Assembly: GCF_902459465.1 (NCBI RefSeq)
Contig: NC_047064.1
Location: 2,914,001-2,978,000 of the forward strand
Direction of reading: 5' to 3'
Origin: Asterias rubens
Lineage: Eukaryota
Length of the DNA stretch: 64,000 nucleotides
A program made the translations under genes and the position numbers. Below the pieces are notes generated by a model. The model was not told the DNA's origin. It saw nothing but the letters and a program-made list of their open reading frames with translations, and ran no database searches. Below are positions 1 to 12,633 of the stretch, one piece after another (the stretch's first letter is position 1; each line of letters begins with the position of its first letter).

Positions 1-193
1 TCAAATTCTAAACTTGAGGTCTCGAAATCAAATTCGTGGAAAATTACTTCTTAACTCGAAACTACGTCACTTCAGAGGGAGCTGTTTCTCACATTGTTTT
101 ATACTATCAACCTCTCCCCAGTACTCGTTACCAAGTGAGGTTTTATGCTGATAATTATTTTGACTAATTACCAATAGTGTCCACTGCCTTTAA
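1..193. mobile_element. MITE family A (TTAA|AGGCAGTGGACACTATTGGTAATT...), partial, reverse orientation
   Basis: Ends taattaccaatagtgtccactgcct|ttaa; matches the reverse complement of 57001-57190. Confidence 0.85.
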
Positions 194-799
194 ATCACAA
201 TTTTGGTGTCAAACTGACCAACAATAATTGGACCTTACATTGACCATACTGTCATGTGACACTGGCTGTAAACCCACGGAGTGAAGGGGTCATGGACAAA
301 GAGAGATTGGCGGTGTAATATTATAGAGAAGTTAGAGATAAACTTGGTGCTCTTTTTATTTCGAGTGGTGACAGCTGGTGTTAAATCACCTCGTTTGTTT
401 CACGTCATACTGTCTGCTATAGTCGGTTTCCTTAATAAGGGTATACTAACCTCAGCCCACTTATCTGACACCAAGTGCTAAAATGCTTTTTAGAGAAATG
501 AAAGCTTTACTTATGTCTGCATACTTTTAAATAGCAAGTTACATTATCACATATGGCATACTTTCATTGGATTACAGATCCGTAAAAGTAATAAAAGTTT
601 GTTAATTTGATATGGAGTCATGGTTTTAAGCTGGTTTCTGGGCACTATTGGGAAGGTTTGCTCACTTGGAGGTGTTTATATTCGAGCTAGTAATTACTGT
701 ACCACGTTTGATTCATTAACATACATAAAACAGTGAAGCTGTTTTCTTAATCATGGTGTGGAACAAAAAATGTGATTAACGAAGCCTGTTGCTTTGGTT

Positions 800-1154
800 A
801 ATCACATTTTTAGCATAAAACCTTTCTTGGTGACCAGAAATGGGGTGAGGTTGATGGTATAAAACATTGTGAGAATCGGCTCCCTCTGAAGTGCCATAGT
901 TTTGAGAAAGAAGTAATTTTCCACGAATTTGATTTCGAGACCTCAGATTTAGAACTTGAGGTCTCGAAATCAACCATCTAAACGCACACAGCTTCGTGTG
1001 ACAAAGGGTGTTTTTTTCTTTCACTATTATCTCGCAAGTTCGATGACCGATTGAGCTCAAATTTTCACAGGCTTGTTATTTTATGCATATGTTGAGATAC
1101 ACCAACTGTGAAGGCTATTCTTTGACAATTACCAATAGTGTCCACAGCCTTTAA
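800..1154. mobile_element. MITE family A, left end truncated
   Basis: Nearly identical to 57035-57387; ends gtgtccacagcct|ttaa. Confidence 0.85.
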
Positions 1155-2263
1155 ACAATCTGCTATCGAAAACGAGCCTGTGGTTTGGAACTTCACATTC
1201 CTGTCATGGTGAAGACATTCAGCGGCATTTAATGAAGCCTCATCAGGGCCTTATTGATGAAGGTTTAGGTGTTGGTGGACGCCTCCTGGCTCCCTATTTT
1301 ATCTCCCGGTTTATTCATACAATCACTCCCATTCACTTGGCTTGATTAAACACCGCCGCCCCGTGGAATAGACTAATCAACCATATCGAAGCTCTCTCAT
1401 CAACGCCGTAAGAACGTGCGATATGTCCCGTAGATAATACACACATCAAAAGGCAAAAACCCACTGTTCCCGGGGAGGTCTTCACCGATGTCCAGATAAA
1501 AAGAACTATTTCCCTCGGCTCGCCTGGGTATATTTGAGCATCCCTTATCTCATGCAAACAAATTCAAACCAAGTATAATCTATTTGTTAAACTCTCTTTT
1601 TCATTCTTGGATAGTCATATACAAATCAGAATGCTTTTAGGTACGGTTTTTATCAGTCGTTTATATTTGTTTTAACTCACCATTAATAGCAAGTTGCTCT
1701 AACGTAAGCCCCTACACTAATGGTCCCCGTCAATCCTCTTTGATTATTTTCTCTCGTCAAAGTTGACTGCTAATTTTCTCTCCATTCTAATCACGGACAT
1801 AGTGACCCCAAGCCGATTGGTTATCTATCATCATGAACCGGTTTTTGCGAACGTTAACAATAACATTGGTTTGTATATCTGATGAAATTAATGCGAAACA
1901 TACGTGACTCCAAACGAGCAATAAATCGGAACTCTTCAACGATGGGCGATAAATCCAATACCACTTTTCTTTCCAGAGTTATTAATTCCCGGAGGTTTTT
2001 GTAAATTAACTACGGGCGAAGAGCGATTTATTTTCGTTCGCCTTCTCGTAGACGCCCTTTCCGTGGTACGTCAGTCTAAACATGGTGCTACGAAGTAAAT
2101 TGAACTGGTCCCCTGTCGTTGGTTTTATACGTTTACACTTGTACGTCAGATTTAAATGCGGATCTCCACTAGAACCATGAAAGCTATGCGAAATGATGGG
2201 AGGTCAGAGGTGATTATGTACATGAGCTCAACGGCAGATATCTGGCGTAATTCACGAGCTTCG

Positions 2264-2443
2264 AATAGACCTTATAATGCATTGACGTCATCCAGCTGCC
2301 ATCTTAGAGAAAACACGGTGACGAAACAATCGAGACGCACGGATTTGTACGCGCGGCGCACATTATTGGTCAATTAACAACCTCCTTTTGACCTCTAGGT
2401 GAGGGCGCCCTACTGAAATGACGTCATGTGCATAAGGTCTATT
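2264..2443. mobile_element. MITE with AATAGACCTTAT / ATAAGGTCTATT termini and subterminal TGACGTCA
   Basis: 12-bp perfect TIR plus mirrored tgacgtca. Confidence 0.7.
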
Positions 2444-3217
2444 GTGACTTCGGATGATCAGGCTATGAGGTAAATTAACTCGCCCATTTATTTTTCTTAA
2501 ATGAAAGTCATGGTTTGATCAGTTGTCGTCTTCACTCTCACCTCTCCTCCAGTAAAGGAAACTCACTGGCAGTAACCATAGTAACGGAACTCAGTTGATT
2601 TTCTAAAGCCGTTTCTACCGACCAGCGTCAACCCAAAAAAAAACGTGCGACTTCGAGCTGTCTCTTTTATTTTCCTGTTTGCACAGCTTCAACACTGTCA
2701 TTAAAAACTAGATGCGAGTTTGTAGTGAGGAAGGGTTTAAACAAATGGCCCCGCGCAGGTGTTAAAATGCGCGGGAAACTCGTTCACACTCCACGCGTTT
2801 TGCTGAACGATTTGTGACGTTGACAAATGAGAGTTGCGAGAAAAGTTGGCTGCCGACTTATTGTGAGAGTGTAACCTTGGATACTGGCGGGTTTTTTTTT
2901 TTCACTGAGATTGATGAGATCTCGCAAATGGAAGGTGTAGGCCTACTCTCTTTAAACTCTCCCGGGTCAGAAGTGACCCGGATTTATACGGGGTCACAGG
3001 GGACTTGACCCGTTTCTTTGTCAGTTTCTTATTATTGGTCTTATTTGGGTCTATTGTTTTTTATGTTCATACTTGTTTGTTTGCACAGCGAGTTAACGTT
3101 CATTCACAGTTTCTTCTCAATGCAAATTCAATGAATGCGTGTCATTTCGTCACCACATTTTGAGAAACGAATCCTTACATGTTGTGTTTTGTAAAAGCAA
3201 TCTACATACCGAAAGCT

Positions 3218-3325
3218 GCAAGAATGCCTTCTTGTCGCAAGAATGCCGTCGTATGGCAAATGCCGTCTTGTTGCAAATGCCGTCATATTGCGAGAGCCAT
3301 CTTGTCGCAAGAATGTGCCGTCTTC
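3218..3325. repeat. Degenerate minisatellite (about 18-19 bp, gcaagaatgccgtcttgtc)
   Basis: About six imperfect tandem units. Confidence 0.7.
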
Positions 3326-3821
3326 AGACGAAAAAAAAACACAACAAAAACGAGCACACAAAACAGTATTATGGCAATAGTTTTTCGGCTGTTGACGAAC
3401 ACTTAAAATCCGTCTTAGGAATGTTCGCCTCATCCTCCTCCTCCGATGATGTTTCCTGATGCATCACTCGATTGATGTACACAGAAACAAAATTGAGCTT
3501 TGCAAGTTGCCAATTTCCGAACCCTAATCAATCAAAGCGTTGCGGGTGTTGAGATAGGCCTAACTGGGCATAGTACAAAGTCGACATCTTCAAATGAAGT
3601 GAGTGGATTATTGAATGGTATTGTCATTGCCATCTATTTACCATCCAGGGAAGGTCTACGTTTCAACCAGGGCTCAATTTCAAAGAGCTGGTTAAGCACA
3701 CAAAAACATTTGTTTTGGTATCTTAGGTTATGTTGTAAACTGTTGGTTGAATAAACCAATGAACCCCGCTGCAATCTGAGCACGATGGGGTCACAGACAC
3801 AAGTCAATGCCGAATGATGGT

Positions 3822-4208
3822 TTGAAGGGTCTATGTAACTTTTGTAGGACAAAAAACACAATGTCCACAGATTTACACTAAACTTACGCAGTTTGAAGAT
3901 AATGATAGAAGAAAGCTTCACAGGAAATATTACTTGCTGAGGTGCTGTGGTTTTTGGGAAATGAGTAAAACAATGTCATGAAAATAATTTTCGTCTAATG
4001 AGATGAAAATAATTTTCGTCTAATGAGACGAAAATTATTTTAATCATTTACAAACATATTTTCATGACACTGTTTTACTCATTTCTCAAAAACAACAGCA
4101 CCTCACTAAGTAATACTTGAAGGGAAGCTTTCCACTATCATTATCTTCAAACCCTGTAAGTTTAATGTTAATCTATGGACATTCTGAAAAAGTACCCAAA
4201 TCCTTTAA
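3822..4208. mobile_element. MITE family D (near-palindromic, about 385 bp)
   Basis: Arms aatgtccacagattt...aaatctgtggacatt-like; ends atcct|ttaa; relatives at 22305-22670 and 32850-33235. Confidence 0.8.
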
Positions 4209-5428
4209 AGATACATTGACTAGAGCAGGATTTAGAACTGCAACCACCGAAAACGTACCGGCGCTCTACTTCTAGCATTATTAATGATAGCAGTATCCCG
4301 GTTTTGTCAATATCTTTGTTTGGGGTGCAGGTCAGACTGCCTGGTACTCCAGGGATCATATCCAAGTTTGTACAACATGCAGTGGGAAGTGGCAGCAGAG
4401 GGATTATTACCTCAAGGACGTGTGACGTGCTGTATAGTTCAATCATCAAGTAACAAACACAATGGGAACAGACTAGGTAAATAGTAAACTCCACATCATG
4501 CAAAGCTTCAAACACTATTTAGACTGGGTAAATGTTCTAAATTGAACAAGTATAGTTTTCCTTGTGGTTTAATATTGCTTAAGTTCTATTTTGGTATTTG
4601 CTAAAGGTAAACTGAACTTGAGGATAAAAACAAGGTCGGCTCTTGGTTTTATTTTGAATAGAACGGATGTGATGCAGTACATAGGTAGTCGCAGGGAACT
4701 TGACCTAGTCCGTACATCTGCGTTTTCCTCTGAACAGAGTATGAACACGAACAGGAAGTATAAGAAGTTTGTAATGAAGATTCAATGGCATAAACAAAGC
4801 AAACATGGCATTGTATGGAAATATACATAAGACAAAATGTGACATGAGTTTAAGCTTTCAAATATCCAAATTAGCAAGCACTCCATCCATATCACAATTG
4901 ACGGGTTGGTTGTAATTAATGTTCATTCCATCTGTTGCAGATATGCATACACTTGTTCCATTTTTACCGTACACTTGGCGCTGTAAGGCTTAAAAGATAG
5001 TACAACGGCATTTCCCTGCTGTTGTGACGGTTAAAACGACTAAAAAAAGTGTATTCAAACTATAGCATACATACACGAGTTATTATAGATGGCTCAAATG
5101 AATGGGGCGTGTCTAATCCTAAGTGCATGAAATTTGCGAAATGTGGCTCGAAATTAGTTCGAGTTGAAAGCTAATTATTATGATGACCGACTTTACCGCG
5201 TACGAAGGGATTACAGTCAAATTTGCAGGAATGGTAACAGAGCTGAGTAGGCCTTAGGCAGCCTAAGCCCCAAGGTCGTTTGTTAAGCCAGGCCTTACTG
5301 ACAGCTTAGATCAAGCTCTACGCTTCTATGCTTAACTGCACCATTTCCCCTTGTGTTGTTAATTTTTTATCAGAGCGCATGTTGTCAAGCCAATCATACA
5401 ACTTTCCAGTCATCTTCATTTTGTCCAC

Positions 5429-5732
5429 TTTCTCAAAAATTAACTTACTTCAGAGACTTTTCCAACAATGTTGTATTATTAACAGCTCTCATTACCAAGT
5501 AAGTTATGATGATAACAACTATTTTGAGTAATTACCAATATGGTCCAGCCGTCGATTTCACCAAACTCTTCCTATTAAACTTAAGATCAATCTTAGGACT
5601 TTAGGACGAGTCCCAACCCTGCACTGTAGCATTCAGACCTTTAGACGAATCCTAAGTTAGGACGAGTTACTCGTCACAACTCGAGATATGATTAATCCTA
5701 GCGTTTCGTGAAATCGGCTGCAGTGCCTTTAA
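5429..5732. mobile_element. MITE family A fragment (reverse orientation), with its terminal TIR interrupted by another MITE
   Basis: ttttgagtaattaccaatatggtc[insert]cagtgcct|ttaa. Confidence 0.7.
5548..5721. mobile_element. Small MITE with 14-bp imperfect TIRs (GCCGTCGATTTCAC / GTGAAATCGGCTGC)
   Basis: TIRs visible; internal repeated taggac/gtccta motifs; removing it restores the family A terminus. Confidence 0.7.
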
Positions 5733-6098
5733 AGATGCTATGTCAGATTTTTGGCCGATTTGTCCCACAAATTTTGATTTAAAATTAAATGGGTATTTTG
5801 ATGGGGGTCTAGAAAGTTAGAAGTTTCATTTGAGCCATTGCTCGAAAAAGTCCGCCAATTATTAGTAGCAGTGAAATAAAGTGCTCAAAATTTGTTTTTG
5901 TCGGGATCCCGACAATATATCACGTGACAAATTCTTATGTGTTTATAAGAAACGTTTTGTTTTTTTGTCATGGTTCCTAACCATTAAAAGTAAAAGTTTT
6001 TTTTCTGTTAGAGCGGGTAATACTCTTTGAAATACCATTCACTCAAACAAAATCTATTTTTTAATGTTTGGGCAAAAAATCCGACATAGCATCTTTAA
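5729..6098. mobile_element. MITE family E (TTAA|AGATGCTATGTCAGATTTTT...AAAAATCCGACATAGCATCT|TTAA)
   Basis: About 20-bp TIR with one mismatch; TTAA on both sides. Confidence 0.85.
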
Positions 6099-7440
6099 AT
6101 GAGATTGCACATTATTAAACCCAGGTTATAAACACAAGCGTTCAATGAATGTCATGTCAACGGGTGCTTGTTTACCACGTGCTGCGGGGATGACACGAAA
6201 CCAAGCGGCAGCGATCAACTTTGAACACGTCGACGGTAATCGTGTGCATTTCTAATGGTTCCTGCCTTTCCCGCAGGTTCCATGCACTCTAGGCCTTGGC
6301 CAAACGCTCCATCGAAAGGCTGACTCTTTCCAAATGCAATTAGTTTGTTGTTGGTATAGACAGAGAGACTTGAACTACTCTATTACTTAAAGTGGCGTGA
6401 CATGGCATAAGACCCTGTGTTTACATTAGTGACGTGGTTTTCCCAATTAACAAGAAAACCCTCGAAACAATATTTGTTACGCCCGTGTGGATCCTATTGA
6501 ACACATCCATCAAGTTGGTCATGCTTAACACTCCTTGGTGTGTTGAGTTTTCACACTAGAGCAATTTAGCAAGCGTTCCTTGCTAAAATTGTAGCGCGGT
6601 TGTAAAATTTTACAAAATGTACCCTGTGTGAAAGGACAACAATATTTTTCTTCTGTTCAACTTCACTTGCAAAATCTGTTCAAACATTGCTTAGGTGAAT
6701 GACTTGGTTATAAGACTACATGTATATCGTTTATTCCCTTGGCTTTCCTCCTTTGATGTGCTTTTCACTCAAAGGTCATTTTATGACTTCTCTTTACTTC
6801 GATGAAATTCTGCTCATTCGGTGTTAAACTCATGAGACACATTGCGTCTTGACTTTGCGTATTTAAGAACCAGCTGTTGAAGTACAGTTGATGCGGTGGC
6901 AGAAGCATCAAGTGCCGACTTGACAAAAAGTCGATCAGTTGGTCACAAGTCTAGTCCATCATACTTCATACCCGACCGTATTAATAGTCTCTGGTTGAAG
7001 GAAGAACTTTGGCTCCTTGATTTGCTTCTTTTTTCATTTTGAAAAAGAAAGTGACCTCAAGAAAGTGAGCTGCACATTCGTCTAGGAAGTTGTCTCAAAA
7101 CCTGTCACCGTTCGGGTCAAAATAGTGTGGCTCGATATCGACAACCCTTCGCAGGTAATGTTTAACATGTTGAATAATTGGCTTCAACTTGTCAAATCTC
7201 TTGTTAGTTGATGTTGATGGTAGGCTAAATTGAGACTATCACGATGATAGGTGAGGTTTTCTCAAACTGATGCATAATATGGGCTAAAATCCCCTCTTTT
7301 GTTACCAGTTGCTGGCTCAGACTGACCAATGGGTGACCTGGAACCCGGGACAATAATGACCCGGCCTGGTTGTGTATTTTAAGAAAAAAAAAACGTTTAT
7401 CAAATTTCTATATCTGATTATGGTATACATATTTCAATCA

Positions 7441-7809
7441 TTAAAGCCATTATACACTTTCGGTACAGAAAAGAAAAAGTTCACAGATTTACAAATAATT
7501 TACAAGGTTTACAAAAGGTGATGGTTAAAGACTTCTCTTGAAATATTTTCCATGAAATGCGTTACTTTTTGAGAAAACATCAAAACAATATCAATTCTCG
7601 ATAGCGAGAATTACGGATTTATTTTAAACACATGTCATGACACAGCAAAACGCGCGGAAACAAGAGTGGGTTTTCCCGTTATTTTCTCCTGACTCCGATG
7701 ACCGATTGAGCCTTAATTTTCACAGGTTTGTTATTTTATATATAAGTTGTGATACACTAAGTGTGGGACTTGGACAATACTGTTTACCGAAAGTGTATAA
7801 TGGCTTTAA
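7441..7809. mobile_element. MITE family B (TTAA|AGCCATTATACACTTTCGGTA ... TACCGAAAGTGTATAATGGCT|TTAA)
   Basis: 21-bp perfect TIR; TTAA flanks; second copy at 47567-47940. Confidence 0.9.
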
Positions 7810-8281
7810 AAGCACATTATTTCGCTTGTCAAGTCCTGACGTGAAAAGTTGGCATGACCTTTCTTGTTATCGCAAGTATTCCCTCTAGACAGTCTGATGG
7901 GTTTTAATTTTTTTCAGGAATAGTGAAATTATCTCCAGGGAATAAAATTACAACGCAGCAACAAGCGAGGGATAGTTGTGAGCATCATGGGTTTGGGAGG
8001 AACGCGTTCGTTCGTATCCTCTGTTTTTTTTTTCAATTAATATCAATTACTAACATATTAACATTTGTAATCAAATAAAGTGGTCATGTTTTCAAGACGG
8101 GAAAACCAGGTGTCAGTGGTTTAGATTCTGTCAGAGACGTCATAAACGTTCATTTGCATGTTTGTGATTCTACCAAATCAAATCAAAACTAATTATTTTT
8201 TGAGAAGATTGTTCAGACAAATTTATACAAAAAAATAAATTTTCAGAGTAAGAAGTTGTGTATAATATGTTTGATCGTTAA

Positions 8282-8448
8282 CAGGCCTGTAAGCTTCGTT
8301 GGGGCAAGGGCGCCAAGACATTTTCTGCTTGGTAAAGGGCACCCTATGAGGAAATTGTAAATTTCTTGAGGAGCATTTCAAAGGCACCAAGACAAAGACC
8401 AGGCACAGGGGCAGTCGCGATCTTTGCCTCTGTGAAGTATCAGGCCGG
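8282..8448. repeat. Interspersed repeat family G (about 165 bp, CAGGCCTG-type ends)
   Basis: aagggcaccctatgaggaaattgtaaatt...gagcatttcaa.ggcaccaag core; relatives at about 9410-9564 (same orientation) and about 45010-45138 (inverted). Confidence 0.65.
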
Positions 8449-11160
8449 CACTATCTTGTCATGTCCCTTATACCTTTAAACAAAAGTGCACAGTGACCCC
8501 AGCTCAATTCGTGGGTGTAGTACGACTGAATACCGGCTTAAGACTTCGAATGTGACCAATAGCAACAAAATGTAAACCCTTTCCCACGAGACCCATCTAC
8601 TGGCGGATTGTTAAGTGTGGGTTCTGTCTTGGTGCAATTTTGTAATATTCATTTGTATGTTGTAGAAAGAGAGATGGGAAGGGAGAAAGAAGAAATCCCC
8701 CACAGTCCCCTCAGGACCCCCCAAAACGGGACTAGATGAGATGGTTTTAGGAAATGGTCCGTAGTCGTTCCCTAAAGGTCGGACTGCTTTTGACTAACGG
8801 AATACTTCTTTAACAAAGCCATTTCCACAAATGTTGCGAATAAGTAAATGAGCTACTTAATAAAGTGTAAAATATATTCGGTATAATTTTACGAATTCAT
8901 TGCGATTTGAAAATTTATAAACCCTCATGGGTTTAAAAAAAGTAAAAATGATTATCAATATTTTCACCTTCGAAAAATTGCATGATGTTATTTTTCTTTG
9001 AATGCAAACAGTTGCTTGTCTCTGAAAGGTCGTTTATGTCCCGTTATTGATCCCTTAAAACGAAGCAGTTCACACTAATAAGGCATCCACTAATAACAGC
9101 AAGTTATTAAAAAGAATTACTGTCAAATTGTAATGTAATACTCAACGTATAACTGTAATATTCACCTGTTTACACGTCAAATTATTAGCTCTTATTACGT
9201 CTGACGGCATTGACTATAAATTTCCCTGTAGGCCTGCATAAAGAATGGATCTATTGAATAACTTCTCCATTTTATTATCGTTATTTGAATCCCTCAAGGA
9301 CATCTTACAGCCTGTTCAAGTTATTTTTCTTTGATAAATCAGCTTTTTGTGCTGGCACAAAGTTTCTCAAATAGATTCAGTAGACGTCAATGCAGCTTGC
9401 CTGGATGCATATTTTAGAAATGGCAAGGCCGTTCTCATTTTGGAAAGGGCACTTTCATTGGAAGAGCTAATAAAGTCAATTTGGGCGTTTTGAAGGGACA
9501 CCAAGGCCATGACCAGGACAACAAAGGCCACGACCTCAGTGGTCTCTGTTATGTTCCAGGCCTGATGCAGTCTTTCAATAATTGTTTAGATTTTTTTTAT
9601 GAAATAATAATTAGGGACAGTTTGAAGTCGAGACGAGTTCCAAAGTATTAAACCTTCCCACCCGATGCACAAAAGGAAGACAAAAAGGTACAATCAAGGG
9701 TCAAAAAGCGCAACGTGTTTCTCAAAGATAGACCATAAGTACTAAAGGGTCATCGCATGCACGATACCACAGTACCAGAGTACCAGAATGTTTAGAGAAT
9801 GTTATCTTTATAGCAGAGGTGATCTTTGACCTAAGTTTGGTACCGATTATTTTGAGACAGTTTTAAAATGAAGTTAATGCGGTAACTCCAAATCGGTTCT
9901 CCACTCGTTGGTTAGAGATACATGGCTAACCGGTGACACTTTGACGTTTCCCTTTCGGAGCAATTTCACGTGTACTGCGTGTACTCTTTGAACCACTGGA
10001 TGCAAATAAATGAGTCGAAGTTCTCGTTCGTTTTCTCCCCTACAAGAAACTCGGTCAAGCGAGTTCGTCTCAGTGCTTCATTTTTAAGAACAGTCTTTGA
10101 ACTGAACCACTGTGTGAATGAATGATGTCTTCCTACTTTATTAATTCGTGGTGTAACTATTCCAGGCTCAATCAAGCACCTTGTACAGCCGTCAACCAGG
10201 ATGACAATTACCGATCTAGTGGAACGTTCAAGGGAAATTATAAAGTGTTTTACGCTGCCACTTCGGCAGTTGTTACCATTTTTGCTTAATGATGGAGTAG
10301 TCCACATAAAGATAATGGGGTTCGAAATTGATGGGACCGCCCTGCAAATTGCCCGTCTACATTTCCCAATAATGAACCAATGAGTTATTAATTGTGCCCA
10401 TGCTGTGTGATAATGCTTTGCTCTCAGCATTGAGGCAGCGTTGGTGATCTGGTGGCATGTGAACAAAGGAGTTAATTGAATTCTTCGTGTCGGAAACTTT
10501 ACTATCGATGTATTTGGCCACGAATACAACTAGGTTTTTCGGTTTGCTTGATTGAACCATTGAACACCGACTCGTGTGAACGATTTAGCAGCGCGTTCGT
10601 ACCTGCCCCAATAAATTACAGCCTTTCACAGCTGTACCGTTATTGTGCAGCACATCTCTTCATTGACCAAATCGCTGACCATTCACACTAACCATTATTT
10701 CTCACTGTGCGCCCGAAGGTTAATGTCAGACCTATCAAAGACGTGAAGCTAAACAGTATCTCGTCAAAATGACCGCTCTCTTTTGTGAACATCTCTCGGA
10801 TTAAGGACCCCTGTAGCCACTATACACGCCGCTTGAAATAATTTAGCGAAACATAGCTAAGGTTTAATCGATAAACGTCTTGTTCTTCTTGTTCTCTCGT
10901 TGAGCGAAGTTCACGGAGTTATAACTTGAAACGTCAGGAAGTTCGTCTCTGTGTATACCCAGGGGCAGGGAAGCTGTACTTGTTCTAACCACACAACATT
11001 TCCCTTCACCCCCTTCCTAAACTATCTTCACTTATGATTACACAGCTGCTCATTCTTAAAGGGGTATGCAATCTGGAATGAATCTTCTGATCAGCAAACT
11101 CAATGTTTTTTAGAATGCATGAGTTGGGTTAAAATACCATGATACAAATCTGTTTTGGAT

Positions 11161-11240
11161 GAGTGTTGGCTCTGAAAAGAGCTGGTGTGGTGTGGTGTGG
11201 TGACGTTTCAATCAGTAAACAGTGCTTGTCTTCAAGAGAG
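11161..11240 (-). repeat. Degenerate copy of the hammerhead-bearing repeat family seen at 47.1 kb
   Basis: Reverse complement reads ctctc TTGAAGA C aagcactgtttactgatt GAAA CGTC ... ttttcagagccaacact. Confidence 0.45.
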
Positions 11241-11452
11241 TTTACTTACTTTCTATTTTTTTAATTCTCTGTTATTTTCACGCAAAGCTTCAATCACTGC
11301 ACAATTCATAATTATTTTGTCAGAGGTGCTGGTTAGTAATGTGTTTCGGCAGAAAACAGAGTCAGTGTTTAGGATAGTGTCTGCAAAAAAACATTAACTC
11401 GCGTGGAGAACCACTGTTGATAATCACACACAGATAAGGTTTTACCCGTCCT

Positions 11453-11520
11453 CTTCTGAATACATTCGGAGGAAACAGGTTGAAACGTCAAAGTTCTTAA
11501 ACCACATTCATTTCAGAACC
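11453..11520 (+). repeat. Degenerate copy of the hammerhead-bearing repeat family
   Basis: CTT CTGAATA C attcggaggaaacaggtt GAAA CGTC aaag ... tttcagaacc. Confidence 0.45.
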
Positions 11521-12497
11521 GCCACAACTTATTGAGCATTTACATCAAGCTTAAGTTTTCTTCTTTCTTTTTTTACACCATCCTACCAGTTAGGTTTCAC
11601 TTCATACTTACAAACACATATATGCAATTCACTAATTTCTAAATCACGCAAGGCATTAGCCAATAAAACAAGAATTTGTACTGAACATATTTTTCCAATG
11701 ATTCTGCCGTGTTTGCTTACAGTTTTTGCTGAAAGTGTGTCATTTATTTTAACGAACTTATCATGCCAGATGTCCTTTTAACATTCCTTCCGGTTGTTTG
11801 AGCAATCAGGCCCCACACTAACTGTTCCTAATCGGATCCAATGACTTCATATTTTGTTTGATAGAGCTCTAGAGTGTCCTAAACATTCCAGCTGCCAGTT
11901 ATGACTACCCCTGATCTAGAACATGCCTTGATCTAGAACATGTTATTAACATGGTTTCTATTCACTGTCAATTTCGAGTAATTACCAATAATGTCCACTG
12001 CCTTTAAACCAACCTAAGTCATGTTCAACAGTACAACTAAACGGTTAAAAAAAAACTGTATCCAAATGTAGCTAAGTTTCCAAAAAATAATTTCTGATCA
12101 TGACTTCAATTCTAGGCTTTTCCCGTAAAACGGTGTGTGTCGACTGTCGTGTGCGTGACGAAAGTAGTTAATTCCTTCATTGTATTCTTTTCACCAGTGT
12201 CCCATTGTTTGACAGACTTTACCTCGTCTTCGTTTTGGCAGACAGTTTTGGCAGACAGTTTATGGTATAATTTACGATAACCTTCATAAAACAATGCCAC
12301 TCATGGTTTTAACTATTCATATCCCACCAAAATGTAAGCACATAAAATATATTTAGAAACCGTGGATTAGTTTAAAAGCGTCGTTAAATTTCTCTACCGA
12401 GAGAAAATATCTTGGTGCCCTTGCCCTTTCGAAAACGAAACAAACAGTCATGGCCTACACTTATTAATAATACACTTCCCCTTCTCCATCTCTCTAG

Positions 12498-12633
12498 GTC
12501 AACACATTTGTAGGTGCTTTCCACGATGCCGTGATTCTGTACGCCATGGCACTGAACGAGACCCTGGAAGCCAATGAGGACCCTCGAGACGGTAAAGCCT
12601 TGACTCATCGGATGTGGAACAGAACTTTTGAAG
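12498..12633 (+). CDS. NPR1: NPR-like GC exon (extracellular domain: [45 protein letters not shown])
   Basis: Acceptor ctctctag, donor G|gtaact, 136 nt; FHDAVxLYA and MWNRTF motifs. Confidence 0.95.

Noticed and set aside
776-1060. Recurring 60-110 aa ORFs (for example 776, 7637, 19060, 23796, 47527, 52460, 57043, 62771)
   Set aside because: They all fall within MITE copies and resemble each other only because the repeats do.
1200-1250. Minus-strand CTGATGA-GGC...GCC, a possible hammerhead start
   Set aside because: No GAAA core follows stem II.
4736-4760. Possible upstream micro-exon (cag|AG TAT GAA CAC GAA CAG GAA|gtataa) that could precede VNTFVGAF
   Set aside because: Only about 20 nt, with a weak donor and no NPR-like upstream sequence; the true preceding exon is probably outside the window.
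10122-10289. Short ORF starting MMSSYFINS, resembling the Hox N-terminal MSSYF motif
   Set aside because: It stops after 55 aa, and I found no hexapeptide or homeobox exon nearby; judged coincidence.
9966-10529. 187-aa minus-strand ORF, the longest non-transposon ORF in the track
   Set aside because: No recognisable motif in any of the six frames, no splice-compatible partner exons, and an ORF of this length can arise by chance.
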